62,849 bases of DNA from NCBI GenBank assembly GCA_032059585.1, contig DAMCAL010000001.1:4266-67114 (forward strand), read 5' to 3'. The DNA comes from Burkholderiaceae bacterium. GTDB taxonomy: Bacteria > Pseudomonadota > Gammaproteobacteria > Burkholderiales > Burkholderiaceae_C. The notes under the pieces were generated by a model. That model saw only the letters and a program-made list of their open reading frames with translations, was not told the DNA's origin and ran no database searches. The position numbers and the translations under genes are program-made. Shown here one piece after another: positions 19,788-31,249 of this stretch. Positions within the stretch are counted from its first letter, which is position 1. Each line of letters opens with the position of its first letter.

Positions 19788-20951
19788 ATGAAAGCGTTGA
19801 CCTACCAGGGTGCACGGGATGTGCGTGTCGAAACCGTCGCCGATCCGGTGCTGACGGCGCCCGACGACATCGTGCTGCGCGTCACCGCCACTGCCATCTG
19901 CGGCTCGGACCTGCACATCTACCGCGGCAAGATCCCGGGGATGGAGCACGGTGACATCCTCGGCCACGAGTTCATGGGCATCGTGGAGGACACGGGAGCG
20001 GCGGTGACCCGCGTGCGGCGCGGCGACCGGGTGGTGGTGCCGTTCGTCATCGCCTGCGGACAGTGCTTTTACTGCGACAAGACCCTGTTTGCCGCCTGCG
20101 AGAACACCAACCCGGGGCGCGGCGCCATCCTGAACAAAAAATCGGCCACGCCGGGTGCCGGACTGTTCGGCTATTCGCACCTGTACGGCGGCTATGCCGG
20201 CGGCCAGGCCGAGTACGTGCGCGTGCCCAAGGCCAACGCCGGGCCGATCGTCATCCCGCAGGCGCTGGCCGACGAGCAGGTGCTGTTCCTCTCGGACATC
20301 CTGCCCACCGGCTACCAGGCAGCGCTGAACGCCGAGATCGGGCCGGGCGCGACGGTCGCGATTTTCGGCGCTGGCCCGGTGGGCTGGATGACGGCCCTGT
20401 GTGCGCGCTACCTGGGCGCCGAAAAAATCTTCATCGTGGACCACCACGACTACCGCCTGGCCTTCGCCCAACGCGAGTACAGCGCCATACCCATCAACTT
20501 CGATGAACACGAGGACCCCGCCGAGCTGATCCTGGAGGCAACCGGCGGCCATGGCGCCGACGCCAGCATCGATGCGATCGGCTTCGAGGCCAAGGGCAGC
20601 GCGCTGGAGACGCTGCTCACCACCCTCAAGGTGGAAGGCTCCAGCGGCAAGGCCCTGCGCCAGTGCATCGCGGCCACGCGGCGCGGCGGGGTGGTGAGCA
20701 TGCCCGGCGTGTATGCAGGCTTCATCCACGGCTTTCTGTTCGGTGACGCGTTCGAGAAAGGGCTGACTTTCAAGATGGGGCAGACGCACGTGCAGCGCTT
20801 CATGCCGGAGCTGCTGGCGTTGATCGGCGAAGGACGCCTGCGGCCGCAGACCATCATCACCCACCGCATGCCGCTGGTGGAGGCCGCGCGGGGCTACGAA
20901 ATGTTCGAAAAGCGCGCGGAGGAATGCCGCAAGGTGGTGCTGACGCCGTGA
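19788..20951 (+). CDS. Zinc-dependent alcohol/formaldehyde dehydrogenase (YbdR/FDH-like)
   Basis: ICGSDLH, GHEFMG, CGQCFYC...[15 protein letters not shown]. Confidence 0.92.
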   Translation: MKALTYQGARDVRVETVADPVLTAPDDIVLRVTATAICGSDLHIYRGKIPGMEHGDILGHEFMGIVEDTGAAVTRVRRGDRVVVPFVIACGQCFYCDKTLFAACENTNPGRGAILNKKSATPGAGLFGYSHLYGGYAGGQAEYVRVPKANAGPIVIPQALADEQVLFLSDILPTGYQAALNAEIGPGATVAIFGAGPVGWMTALCARYLGAEKIFIVDHHDYRLAFAQREYSAIPINFDEHEDPAELILEATGGHGADASIDAIGFEAKGSALETLLTTLKVEGSSGKALRQCIAATRRGGVVSMPGVYAGFIHGFLFGDAFEKGLTFKMGQTHVQRFMPELLALIGEGRLRPQTIITHRMPLVEAARGYEMFEKRAEECRKVVLTP

Positions 20952-21061
20952 GCCCGTGACCCGGCGGGGGACGCGGCGCAAGCCACCCGTCCTTGGGGCC
21001 ATGCCATGATCTCCCGCGACCATCCCCACGAAGACGACAGAGGACGACTGCCAGGACGACC

Positions 21062-21978
21062 ATGCCCGCATTCGCACGGACCGCCGCAGACACGCTGGAG
21101 GTCCGCCGGGTGGAGGTGGCGGTTCCCGTTGCCGGCCCCGACGAGGTGCTGGTGGCGATGGAAGCGTTCGGCGTGGGCGTGCACGACCGCTATTTCATTC
21201 CAGCGGCCGCGCGGTGCCCCTGCGTGATCGGCATCGAAGGCGTCGGCCGTGTGGTGTCCTCCACGGCGCCAGACGGGCCCGGCTTGCGGGTGGCGTTTGT
21301 CAGCAGCCAGCAGCCGCAGGGTGGAACCTGGGCACCCTGGGCGCGGTGGTGCAGCGCGACGCGCTGGTGGCGGTGCCCGAGGCCTTGCCGTCCGCCGAGG
21401 CGGCCGCCTTGCCGGTGGCCGGGCGCACCGCCCTGCAGGCCCTGGCGGACCTGGACCTGGCCCGGGGCGAAACGCTGTTCATCGCGGGCGCGTCGGGCGC
21501 CATCGGCACGCTGGCCGTGCAACTGGCGGCGCGGGGCGGTGTCCGCGTCGCGGCGTCGGCCTCGCCGCCCAACCACGCCTACCTGCGCAGCCTGGGCGCG
21601 GAGCTCGCAGTGGACTACCGGGACACCGCCTGGCCCCGCGCCGTGCAGAGCTGGGCCGGCCACGGCGTGGACGCTGCGCTCGCCATCCAGCCCGGCACCG
21701 GCGCCAGTTCCATTACGGCGGTGCGCGATGGCGGGCGTGTGGTCACCGTGTCGGGCGATGCGGCGCAGGTGCTTGCAGAACGCGACATCTCCGTGCGGCA
21801 GATGGGCCAACCCGAGGGCGGGCCGGCGGTCCTGCAGCAGTTGCTGGAAGACGCCGCGGCCGGGCGGCTGCGTGTGGTGACGCAGCCGCCCTTTGCCTTC
21901 GGCGATGCGCTGCAGGCGCTTGCGAGCACCGAAACACGCCATGCGCGCGGCAAGGTGGTGGTGTGCCTGCCGCGCTGA
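21062..21978 (+). pseudogene. Frameshifted NADPH-dependent MDR oxidoreductase (quinone oxidoreductase-like)
   Basis: N-half (PDEVLV...VIGIEGVGRV...GGTWA) is in one frame and C-half (AAALPVAGRTALQAL...GASGAIG...HARGKVV) in another; the frame changes near 21340. Confidence 0.8.
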
Positions 21979-22003
21979 CGTGCGCGGGCCGGTCACCGCC
22001 GCC

Positions 22004-22909
22004 TCATGCCTCCGCCGCGCACTCGGCCACCAGCCAGTCGCGAAACGCGTGCACCAGGGGCGTCTGGGCGCGCGCCTCCGGGTACACCAGGTAGTACGCC
22101 TCGTCGCTCACCAGCGCGTGCGCCGAAAGCTCCACCAGCGCGCCGCTCGCCAGTTCCTGCGCGATGAGAAAGCGCGGCAGCAGTGCCGCGCCGTGCCCAC
22201 AGGCCGCCGCCTGCGCGATCATGGCGAAGTGCTCGCAGCGCGGGCCGCGCAGGGCCACGGCGCTGTCCAGGCCCACGTGCTCGAACCACTGCGCCCACTG
22301 CGTCGGCCGCGTGCTTTGCTGCAACAGGACCACGCGCAGCAGATCCTGCGGTGCCTGGACGCCGTGGGCGTCGCGAAATGCCGGGCTGGCCACCGGCACC
22401 ACCGCCTCGTGCATCAGGAACTCGCACACGGCCCCTGCCCAGCTCGGCGCGCCGAAGTGGATCGCCGCGTCGAACGGGCTGCCGGCGAACTCGAACGGCT
22501 CGGTGCGCGCGGCGAAGTTCACCGTCACTTCGGGGTGGCGGTCCATGAACGACTGCAGTCGCGGAATCAACCAGCGCGTGCCCAGCGTGGGAAGCACGGC
22601 CAGGTTGAGCAGGCCGGCCGCGTGCGAGAACGCCATCGCCTTTTGCGTGCTGGCCGAGAGCTGCTGCAGCGCTGCGCGCACGTCGGCGGCGTACACCCGC
22701 CCCGCATCGGTCAAGACAATGCGCTGGCGCACGCGGTGGAACAGCGCCATGCCCAGGTGCTGCTCCAGCTGGCGGATCTGGCGCGACACCGCGCTTTGCG
22801 TCAGGTGCAGTTCCTGCGCTGCGCGCGAGATGCTGGCGTGGCGCGCCGCAGCCTCGAATGCCAGCAGGTCGGTGATGGCGGGCAGGAACGTCTTGCGGAA
22901 GATGATCAT
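22004..22909 (-). CDS. LysR family regulator (GcvA/GcdR-like)
   Basis: LLAFEAAARHASISRAAQELHLTQSAVSRQIRQLE; RWLIPRL. Confidence 0.92.
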   Translation of the reverse strand: MIIFRKTFLPAITDLLAFEAAARHASISRAAQELHLTQSAVSRQIRQLEQHLGMALFHRVRQRIVLTDAGRVYAADVRAALQQLSASTQKAMAFSHAAGLLNLAVLPTLGTRWLIPRLQSFMDRHPEVTVNFAARTEPFEFAGSPFDAAIHFGAPSWAGAVCEFLMHEAVVPVASPAFRDAHGVQAPQDLLRVVLLQQSTRPTQWAQWFEHVGLDSAVALRGPRCEHFAMIAQAAACGHGAALLPRFLIAQELASGALVELSAHALVSDEAYYLVYPEARAQTPLVHAFRDWLVAECAAEA

Positions 22910-23130
22910 GCGATGAAGGAATGAAGGCGCCAGACTGGTCGCCACTGCGGAGCCCACATGCTGTCTGCCTGTGTCGCAGCCCGTGAAGCGGCCACGGTCG
23001 ATTGTGTGCCAGTTCATTCCCGTTCGTCATGATGTCGTTCTGCTTTATCGCTATGCAAGCTGGCGCCCCGCAGGGATAGTCGTTCGGCTGCAAAACCTGC
23101 AACACACACAACAAACCGAAGGAGACACCC

Positions 23131-24045
23131 ATGAGCCGTATCCATTCTTCCCTGGCCAGCGTCGCGGGCGCCTTCCTGGCACTGTGGTGCGCCACGCTGC
23201 CGGCGGCGCATGCCCAGGCAACGTCGCCCACGCTGGAGAAGATCAAGTCGTCCGGCAAAGTGGTGCTGGGTGTGCGCGAGGCGTCGCCCCCCATGGCCTA
23301 TGCGCTGGGTGCGCACGACAAGTTCGTGGGCTACCACGTCGAGCTGTGCGAGCGGGTGCTCCAGGAAGTGGTGCCCAGCGCGCGCATGGAATACATGGCG
23401 ATCACGGCGCAGAGCACGCTGCCTTTGGTGTCCAACGGCACGGTGGACATCGGCTGCGGCCCCACCACGAATAACCTGGCACGCCAGCAGCAGGTGTCCT
23501 TTGCGGTCACCAGTTACGTGAGCGAAGTGCGCATGGCCGTGCGCAAGGACTCTGATCTGAAGTCGATCGCCCAACTGGGCGGGCGCACCGTGGCGGCGTC
23601 GACGGGTACCACGGCCGTGCAGCTGCTGCGCAAGCAGGAGCGCACCGTGGGCGTTCCCATCAAGACCGTGCTGGGCAAGGACCACCACGAAAGCTTCATG
23701 CTGCTGGAGTCGGGCCGCGCCGACGCCTTCGTGCTGGACGACAACCTGCTGGCGGGTCTGATCGCCTCCTCGCGCGAGCCAGACGCCTACCGCATCGTGG
23801 GCGAGCCGCTGGGCGCCGAGCCCATCGCCCTGCTCTTTCGCAAGGACGACCCGGTCTTCAAGGCCGCCGTGGACGGCGTGATCACGCGCCTGATGCAGTC
23901 CGGCGAAATGGAAAAGCTCTACAACAAGTGGTTCGTGAGCCCGATTCCGCCCAAGAACGTGAGCCTGAACCTGCCGCTGGGCAGCACCTTGCGCGAACTG
24001 TTCGCCAAGCCCAACGACAAGCCCCTGGAAAGCTACCAGCAGTAA
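23131..24045 (+). CDS. Amino acid ABC transporter substrate-binding protein (GltI-like)
   Basis: Signal peptide; TLEKIKSSG; DIGCGPTTNN; KDHHESFMLLESGRADAF; KWFVSPIPPK. Confidence 0.9.
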   Translation: MSRIHSSLASVAGAFLALWCATLPAAHAQATSPTLEKIKSSGKVVLGVREASPPMAYALGAHDKFVGYHVELCERVLQEVVPSARMEYMAITAQSTLPLVSNGTVDIGCGPTTNNLARQQQVSFAVTSYVSEVRMAVRKDSDLKSIAQLGGRTVAASTGTTAVQLLRKQERTVGVPIKTVLGKDHHESFMLLESGRADAFVLDDNLLAGLIASSREPDAYRIVGEPLGAEPIALLFRKDDPVFKAAVDGVITRLMQSGEMEKLYNKWFVSPIPPKNVSLNLPLGSTLRELFAKPNDKPLESYQQ

Positions 24046-24120
24046 GCTGCGGCGTCACGCCCGCGCCGCGCTGCGCTCAAGGTTTGCCTGAGCGCGCGCG
24101 GCGATCCCTTTTTGATCCCC

Positions 24121-25830
24121 ATGCACCCTCATTCCTCTTCCGCGCCCACCGCTTCCCTGCGCACCGGTGGCCAGATTCTTGTGCAGCAACTGCTGGTGCA
24201 CGGTGTGCAACAGCTCTTTTGCGTGCCCGGCGAAAGCTATCTGGCCGTGCTTGATGCGCTGCACGATGCGCACATCGCCGTCACCGTCTGCCGCCAGGAG
24301 GGCGGCGCGGCGATGATGGCCGAGGCGCAAGGCAAGCTCACGGGACGCCCGGGCATCTGCTTCGTGACGCGCGGCCCGGGGGTGACCAACGCGTCGGCAG
24401 GCATCCACATCGCACACCAGGACTCGACGCCGCTCATCGTGTTCGTGGGCCAGGTGGCACGCGGTGCGCTCGGGCGCGAGGCGTTCCAGGAGATCGACTA
24501 CGGCGCCGTATTCGGCACCATGGCGAAATGGGTGGTGCAGATCGACGATGCGCGGCGGCTGCCCGAACTGCTGTCGCGCGCCTTTCACGTCGCCACCTCG
24601 GGCCGCCCCGGCCCGGTGGTGGTCGCCCTGCCCGAGGACATGCTGACGGACATGGTGGAGGCAACGGACGCCCTGCCCTACGCCGTGAACGAAACGCACC
24701 CCGGCGCGGCTGCCATGCAGGAGCTGGCAGGACGGCTCCGGGCGGCCGAGCGGCCTGTCGTCATCGTGGGCGGCAGCCGCTGGTCGGAACAGGCGGTGCG
24801 CGATCTGCAGGCATTCGCGGGCGCCTGGCAGCTTCCGGTGTATTGCTCGTTTCGCCGGCAGATGCTGTTTTCCGCCGGGCACGACAGCTACGCCGGCGAC
24901 CTGGGCCTGGGGGCGAACCCGAAGCTGCTGGCCCGCATCCGCGCCAGCGACCTGGTGCTGGTGCTGGGTGGCAGGCTGTCCGAAGTGCCATCGCAGGGCT
25001 ACGAGCTGCTGGGCATTCCCGTGCCGGCGCAACAGATGGTGCATGTGCATGCCGACGCCGACGAGCTGGGACGGCTGTACCGTCCGGCGCAGGCGATCCA
25101 CGCCACGCCCCGGGCGATGGCCGAGGCCCTTGCCTCCATGGCACCGTCCGCGCCGGTGCGCTGGGCGGCGCACACCCAGGCGGCCCGTGCCGAGTACCTG
25201 GCCTGGAGCGATCCCGAGCCCATCCGCATTCCCGGCCCCCTGCAGATGGGCGAGGTGATGCAGCACCTGCGCACGGTACTGCCGGCGGACACCGTGCTGT
25301 GCAACGGCGCGGGCAACTTCGCCACCTGGGTGCACCGGTTCTGGCCGTTCACCTGCTATGGCGGGCAATTGGCGCCCACCAGTGGCTCCATGGGCTATGG
25401 ATTGCCGGCCGCGGTCGGCGCCAAACGTCTGTGGCCGGAGCGCGAGGTGGTGGTTTTCTCCGGCGACGGGGACTTTCTCATGCACGGCCAGGAATTCGCC
25501 ACGGCGGTGCAATACCACCTGCCCATCGTGGTGGTGCTGCTGGACAACGCCATGTACGGCACCATCCGCATGCACCAGGAACGCGACTACCCCGGCCGCG
25601 TCAGTGCCACCCAACTGCAGAACCCGGATTTCGCCGCCTATGCGCGCGCTTTCGGGGGCCACGGCGAGCGCGTGGAGCGCACCGAAGAGTTCGCGCCTGC
25701 GCTGGCCCGCGCGCGCGCCAGCGGCCTGCCAGCCATCGTGCATTGCCTGCTCGACCCGCAGGCGATCACACCGACCGGTACGCTGGACGGCATCCGCAGC
25801 GCGGCTCTGGCGGCCCGGCAGAAAAAATAG
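24121..25830 (+). CDS. Thiamine pyrophosphate-dependent enzyme (acetolactate synthase-like family)
   Basis: FCVPGESYL, CRQEGGA, TRGPG, TPP motif GDGDFLM...LDNAMYG. Confidence 0.9.
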   Translation: MHPHSSSAPTASLRTGGQILVQQLLVHGVQQLFCVPGESYLAVLDALHDAHIAVTVCRQEGGAAMMAEAQGKLTGRPGICFVTRGPGVTNASAGIHIAHQDSTPLIVFVGQVARGALGREAFQEIDYGAVFGTMAKWVVQIDDARRLPELLSRAFHVATSGRPGPVVVALPEDMLTDMVEATDALPYAVNETHPGAAAMQELAGRLRAAERPVVIVGGSRWSEQAVRDLQAFAGAWQLPVYCSFRRQMLFSAGHDSYAGDLGLGANPKLLARIRASDLVLVLGGRLSEVPSQGYELLGIPVPAQQMVHVHADADELGRLYRPAQAIHATPRAMAEALASMAPSAPVRWAAHTQAARAEYLAWSDPEPIRIPGPLQMGEVMQHLRTVLPADTVLCNGAGNFATWVHRFWPFTCYGGQLAPTSGSMGYGLPAAVGAKRLWPEREVVVFSGDGDFLMHGQEFATAVQYHLPIVVVLLDNAMYGTIRMHQERDYPGRVSATQLQNPDFAAYARAFGGHGERVERTEEFAPALARARASGLPAIVHCLLDPQAITPTGTLDGIRSAALAARQKK

Positions 25831-25881
25831 CCTCCACAGACGCTGAACGAGTGGCTCCCTCACGAAAATGGCCCCGCGGGG

Positions 25882-25891
25882 TGGCTATAAT
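25882..25891 (+). promoter_or_regulatory. sigma70 -10 element for the tRNA
   Basis: TGGCTATAAT, ending 10 nt upstream of the tRNA, followed by a GC-rich discriminator. Confidence 0.65.
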
Positions 25892-25901
25892 CGCGGGCTT
25901 C

Positions 25902-25991
<90 letters not shown>

Positions 25992-25998
25992 CATACAG

Positions 25999-26029
25999 GC
26001 CCAAGTGCTCGCGCACTTGGGCTTTTTTT
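25999..26029 (+). terminator. Rho-independent terminator
   Basis: GCCCAAGTGC-TCGC-GCACTTGGGC followed by T7. Confidence 0.9.
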
Positions 26030-26108
26030 GCGCTTCACCACCGCAAGTCCTGCTACCTGAAGCGCTCCTTGGGTCCAGGAAAGCCACGGACTTCCTGGCC
26101 ACAGGTGG

Positions 26109-27359
<1,251 letters not shown>

Positions 27360-28706
27360 TCAGCGTTCCTGCCTCTCGCCCGCGGCAGCGTCCGTGCGCC
27401 GCGCGTCCTGCAGAGGGGACGAGTGCTCGAGCACGCAGCGAAACGCCTGGTAGCGCCGTGCGATGTCGCGCACGTCCGCAGGGTTGCCGACCGTGCGCTG
27501 GGCATCTGCCCAGGCCAGCTCTGCGTGGTCGGCGAGGATGGCGCGGCGGCTGCCGTCGGCCTCACAGGTGAGCACGGCGGTGAGCACGTGCAACAGGCGC
27601 ATCAACACCGCCGCGCTGCCCATGGCGTTTTGTCGCACCATGTGCAGCATGACGTTCGTCAATCGGCGGTAGCTGGTAGCGGACCTGACCAGCACCACGC
27701 GGCCGTCGCGCAACGCGACGCCGGTGGGCAGCGTATGGCCCGCGATGTCGCACAGCGCTGCGCCCAGGTGGTCCAGCACCGTCATGGCGGTATGCGGGTC
27801 GTTGATTCCGGGCGACAGGGCGCGTACCGCCACCTCGACCAGTTGACGCACGGCATGCTCGGCATGCCCGCCGTTGCCCCGCATGGCACCCAGCGCGGTC
27901 GCGTTGCGGACCGCCTGTTGCGCGCCGTCCGCCGGTCGCGCCAGCAGCGCAATGGGCGCGCCGGGAAAAATGAAGTCGCCGGGCCGCACCAGCAGCTGTA
28001 GCGCCGTGCCGTGCTCGGCCGCCCAGTCGGCCAGCGCGGCTTCGTCCACCTCGTGCAGGTAGCCGCGGCGGTCGTCAGTGACCGGCGTCGCTCCGTCCCA
28101 AAAGCCCGCCGCAGGAGGGTCGTTCTGCGCCTCGTCCGTGACCAGTGCCTGCACGGCCGCGCGCACGTCCTCGCTCACCAGACCCACCACTGTGCTCACA
28201 TTGATGCGGTTGGCCATGTGCGCCACGAAGTACACGAGAGTGCCCACGCAGGCGAAGGCCAGGACGATGCCGAACGTGAGCGCTAGGTGCGGCGTGAACG
28301 CGCCCTCGTCCTGGGTGCGCACCGTGCGCAGCACCATCAGCGCATAGGAAAAGGTGCCTAAATAGGCGCCCAGGGTGCATTGCACACCCCGGTCGCGCGT
28401 GAAGTTGCGCAACAAGCGCGGCCCCATCTGGCCAGCGGCCAGCGACAGCGCGGCGATGGTGATCGAAAAGACCGTGCCCGCCACGCCGATGGCCGACCCG
28501 GCGATGGCTCCCAGCAAGGTGCGGGCGCCGGTGCCGCCACCGTTGTAGAACCACTGGCTCTGGGTGAGCCAGGGCGGAAGCGCACCACCGCGGTCGAGAC
28601 CGACCAGCACCACGGCCAGCGCGCTCGCGCCTGCAACCATCAGCGCCGGCAGCAGCCAGAACGCGTCGCCCAATGCGTTGAGAAAATATCGCAGACGTGC
28701 CTTCAT
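27360..28706 (-). CDS. DUF2254 family membrane protein
   Basis: VFSITIAALSLAAGQMGPRLLRNF, RQLVEVAVRALSPGINDPHTA. Confidence 0.88.
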   Translation of the reverse strand: MKARLRYFLNALGDAFWLLPALMVAGASALAVVLVGLDRGGALPPWLTQSQWFYNGGGTGARTLLGAIAGSAIGVAGTVFSITIAALSLAAGQMGPRLLRNFTRDRGVQCTLGAYLGTFSYALMVLRTVRTQDEGAFTPHLALTFGIVLAFACVGTLVYFVAHMANRINVSTVVGLVSEDVRAAVQALVTDEAQNDPPAAGFWDGATPVTDDRRGYLHEVDEAALADWAAEHGTALQLLVRPGDFIFPGAPIALLARPADGAQQAVRNATALGAMRGNGGHAEHAVRQLVEVAVRALSPGINDPHTAMTVLDHLGAALCDIAGHTLPTGVALRDGRVVLVRSATSYRRLTNVMLHMVRQNAMGSAAVLMRLLHVLTAVLTCEADGSRRAILADHAELAWADAQRTVGNPADVRDIARRYQAFRCVLEHSSPLQDARRTDAAAGERQER

Positions 28707-29044
28707 CGTGTCCCGTCCGGAAAGAAAGCGCAGGCCATGCACGGTGCATGTCGCCCCTGAAGATCCACCACCGGTGGTCGCCGCCATCATCATCAGCGAA
28801 AACGGCCCTGGCCACGTCTTCTGGCAAGGGCCCAGGACAAGAAAAAGGCCGCCGTCCGCAGGCATACCGCGGCTTCGGCCGACCCAGCGTTCTCGCCCTG
28901 GCTGTCGGGCCGCCTCCTGGTGGTATGTCCAGAGGACCGCATGCCCGTCGGCTCTTACGCGCGCTCAGCCGCCGGCCCTACGGCCTTCGGCGCGAGACCC
29001 CTCCATGCTCGCGTGGGCCCATCAGGCCGCAGCCAAGGAGCGCC

Positions 29045-30181
29045 ATGAACCTCAAACACACTTTCACTCTCTGGAAAAAGGCGGTCACCGCGTGGATCGA
29101 TGATTTCGCGCCGAGCATGGGGGCCGCCATTTCCTACTACACCATGTTCTCGCTGGCGCCGCTGCTGGTGATCGTCATCGCCGTGGCGGGCGCGTTGTTC
29201 GGCCGCGAGGCCGTGATGGGCCAGATCACCGGACAGTTGACGGGGCTGATCGGCCGCGACGGCGCCCAGCTCGTCCAGGGGCTGGTGGCCAACGCCAGCG
29301 ACACCGACCGGGGGCTCGTCGCGGGCGCCGTGAGCATCGTCGTGCTGCTGGTGGGCGCCACCACGGTGTTTGCCGAGCTGCAAAGCGCGCTCGACCGGAT
29401 CTGGCATGTCCCCGAAAGGGAGAAGCCGCAGGGCGTTTGGGCCGTGTTGCGCGCGCGCCTGCTCTCTTTCGGCCTGATCCTCGGCCTGGCGTTCATGCTG
29501 ATGGTGTCGCTGGCGGTCGGCGCGGCCACGGCCGCCCTGGGCAACTGGGCCTCGGGCCTGCTGCCGGCGTCAGAGGCGCTGCTCTACGTGGTCAACCTGG
29601 CGATCTCGCTCCTTTTCACCACGGTCCTGTTCGCCATGATCTTCAAGCTCATGCCGACCACGCCCGTGTCTTGGCGAGATGTGTGGATCGGCGCGGTGGT
29701 CACGGCGGTGCTGTTCGAGGCGGGCAAGGTGTTGATCGGCCTGTACATCGGCAAGAGCGGTATCACGGAGTCTTTCCAGGCGGCCGGCTCGCTCGTGGTG
29801 CTACTGGCGTGGGTGTACTACGCGGCGCAGATTTTCCTGCTGGGTGCGGAGTTCACCAAGGTCTATGCCGACGAACACGGCTCGACCTCTGGCGCACGCG
29901 CCGCGGCTGCGACGAAGAAGACGGCAGAGGCCGGAACGCCCCAGGAGGCCGATCGGTCGACCCCTGCGGCGTCAGGAGCGACCCCTGCTCTGGGCGGCGC
30001 TGTGTCGTTGCAGCGCGAGACGGCCGCCCACATCGCCGTCGCAGACGCGCAGCTGGGCGCCGCTGCCGCCCGCGTCGCCATCGAAGCGGCGGCGATTGCT
30101 GCCCTCCACCTGCTGGCCAATGTGCTCTCGCGAAGGCGCAGGAACGCATGGAACAAGGTGCGGGAGATGCGCAGGAAATGA
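29045..30181 (+). CDS. YihY/virulence factor BrkB family membrane protein
   Basis: GAAISYYTMFSLAPLL, WVYYAAQIFLLGAEF; AAGGAG RBS. Confidence 0.9.
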   Translation: MNLKHTFTLWKKAVTAWIDDFAPSMGAAISYYTMFSLAPLLVIVIAVAGALFGREAVMGQITGQLTGLIGRDGAQLVQGLVANASDTDRGLVAGAVSIVVLLVGATTVFAELQSALDRIWHVPEREKPQGVWAVLRARLLSFGLILGLAFMLMVSLAVGAATAALGNWASGLLPASEALLYVVNLAISLLFTTVLFAMIFKLMPTTPVSWRDVWIGAVVTAVLFEAGKVLIGLYIGKSGITESFQAAGSLVVLLAWVYYAAQIFLLGAEFTKVYADEHGSTSGARAAAATKKTAEAGTPQEADRSTPAASGATPALGGAVSLQRETAAHIAVADAQLGAAAARVAIEAAAIAALHLLANVLSRRRRNAWNKVREMRRK

Positions 30182-30396
30182 TGCGGTCGTGCGTCCCCGC
30201 CCCGGCATCGCGGGGCGAGAACGCCTGCGCTTTGCGCGCCCGGGAGAAGCGAGATATCCGCATGGCGGCCTACGCAGGTGGCGGCCGCGCCCCTACAACG
30301 GGGCGTGGCGTTTCAGGCGAGCATGCCATGCCGCCGTCGCAGCGGTGGCACGTTTGGGCCGCAATTCCCAACTCCCACGAAAAAGGAAACCACGAC

Positions 30397-30879
30397 ATGG
30401 CTACAGCGAAAAAGGCAGCACCCAAGGCTGCGAAACCCCAAGAGGCCACCGCGATGCTGCGCGCCGACCACAAACTGGTGAACGGCCTGTTCGAAGAATT
30501 TTCCAAGGCGCGCTCGGCCAGCCGCAAGAAAAAAATAGTGGACGAGATCTGCAAGGAGCTGACCATACACACCCAGCTTGAGGAAGAGATCTTCTACCCG
30601 GCGTTCAAGGCAGCGCTGCGCGACAAGGAGTTGGTGCCCGAGGCCCATGTCGAGCACCAGTCGGTGAAGGACTTGATAGCGCAGGTGCAGGGCGTGGAGC
30701 CGGGCGGCGAGGAGTACGACGCGAAGGTCACGGTGATGGGCGAGTTCGTCAAGCACCACGTGAAGGAAGAGCAAAACGAGATGTTCCCCAAGGCCAAGAA
30801 GAGCACCAAGATGGACCTGGTGGCGCTGGGCGAACAGATGTTCGCGCGCAAGCAGGAGCTTTTGGCGGCCTATCCCTGA
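30397..30879 (+). CDS. Hemerythrin-domain protein
   Basis: LRADH, HTQLEEEIFYP, EH, HHVKEEQNEMFP; AAGGA RBS. Confidence 0.9.
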   Translation: MATAKKAAPKAAKPQEATAMLRADHKLVNGLFEEFSKARSASRKKKIVDEICKELTIHTQLEEEIFYPAFKAALRDKELVPEAHVEHQSVKDLIAQVQGVEPGGEEYDAKVTVMGEFVKHHVKEEQNEMFPKAKKSTKMDLVALGEQMFARKQELLAAYP

Positions 30880-30899
30880 ACCACGCACGGGAGAGCGAT

Positions 30900-31079
30900 A
30901 TGTCCGACGACAAGAATGATCGCGGCCCGCAGGACCGCGCCCGCATTGACGTGAACGAAGACTACGAGGTGCAGTACTGGACTGAGGCGCTGGGCTGCAC
31001 CCCCGACGAGTTGCGCGCCGCCGTTCGCGCGGTCGGCGTCTCCGCCGAAGCGGTGCGCGAGCACTTGAACAAACGCTAG
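30900..31079 (+). CDS. DUF3606 family small protein (59 aa; absent from the ORF track)
   Basis: Translated by hand: MSDDKNDRGPQDRARIDVNEDYEVQYWTEALGCTPDELRAAVRAVGVSAEAVREHLNKR; GGGAGA RBS. Confidence 0.88.
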   Translation: MSDDKNDRGPQDRARIDVNEDYEVQYWTEALGCTPDELRAAVRAVGVSAEAVREHLNKR

Positions 31080-31249
31080 TCCTTTCCCGGGGTAGCGCCG
31101 GTGGGCGGGCTCGCCGCCCGCACACCTCGCTGCCTCGCTCCTGCCGGGGACCCGTTCGGCGGCTGCACCTGCCCGCAGCGCATGCAAGCCGGTTGTGGTG
31201 TGTCCTGGCCGAATACCCTGTCTGGCACCTTCACGGCCGCCGCTTGCCT

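Noticed and set aside
23040..23105. Possible ninth copy of the dispersed repeat
   Set aside because: Only GCTAT/AGCT/GCGC fragments match and the spacing does not fit. It is more likely promoter DNA.
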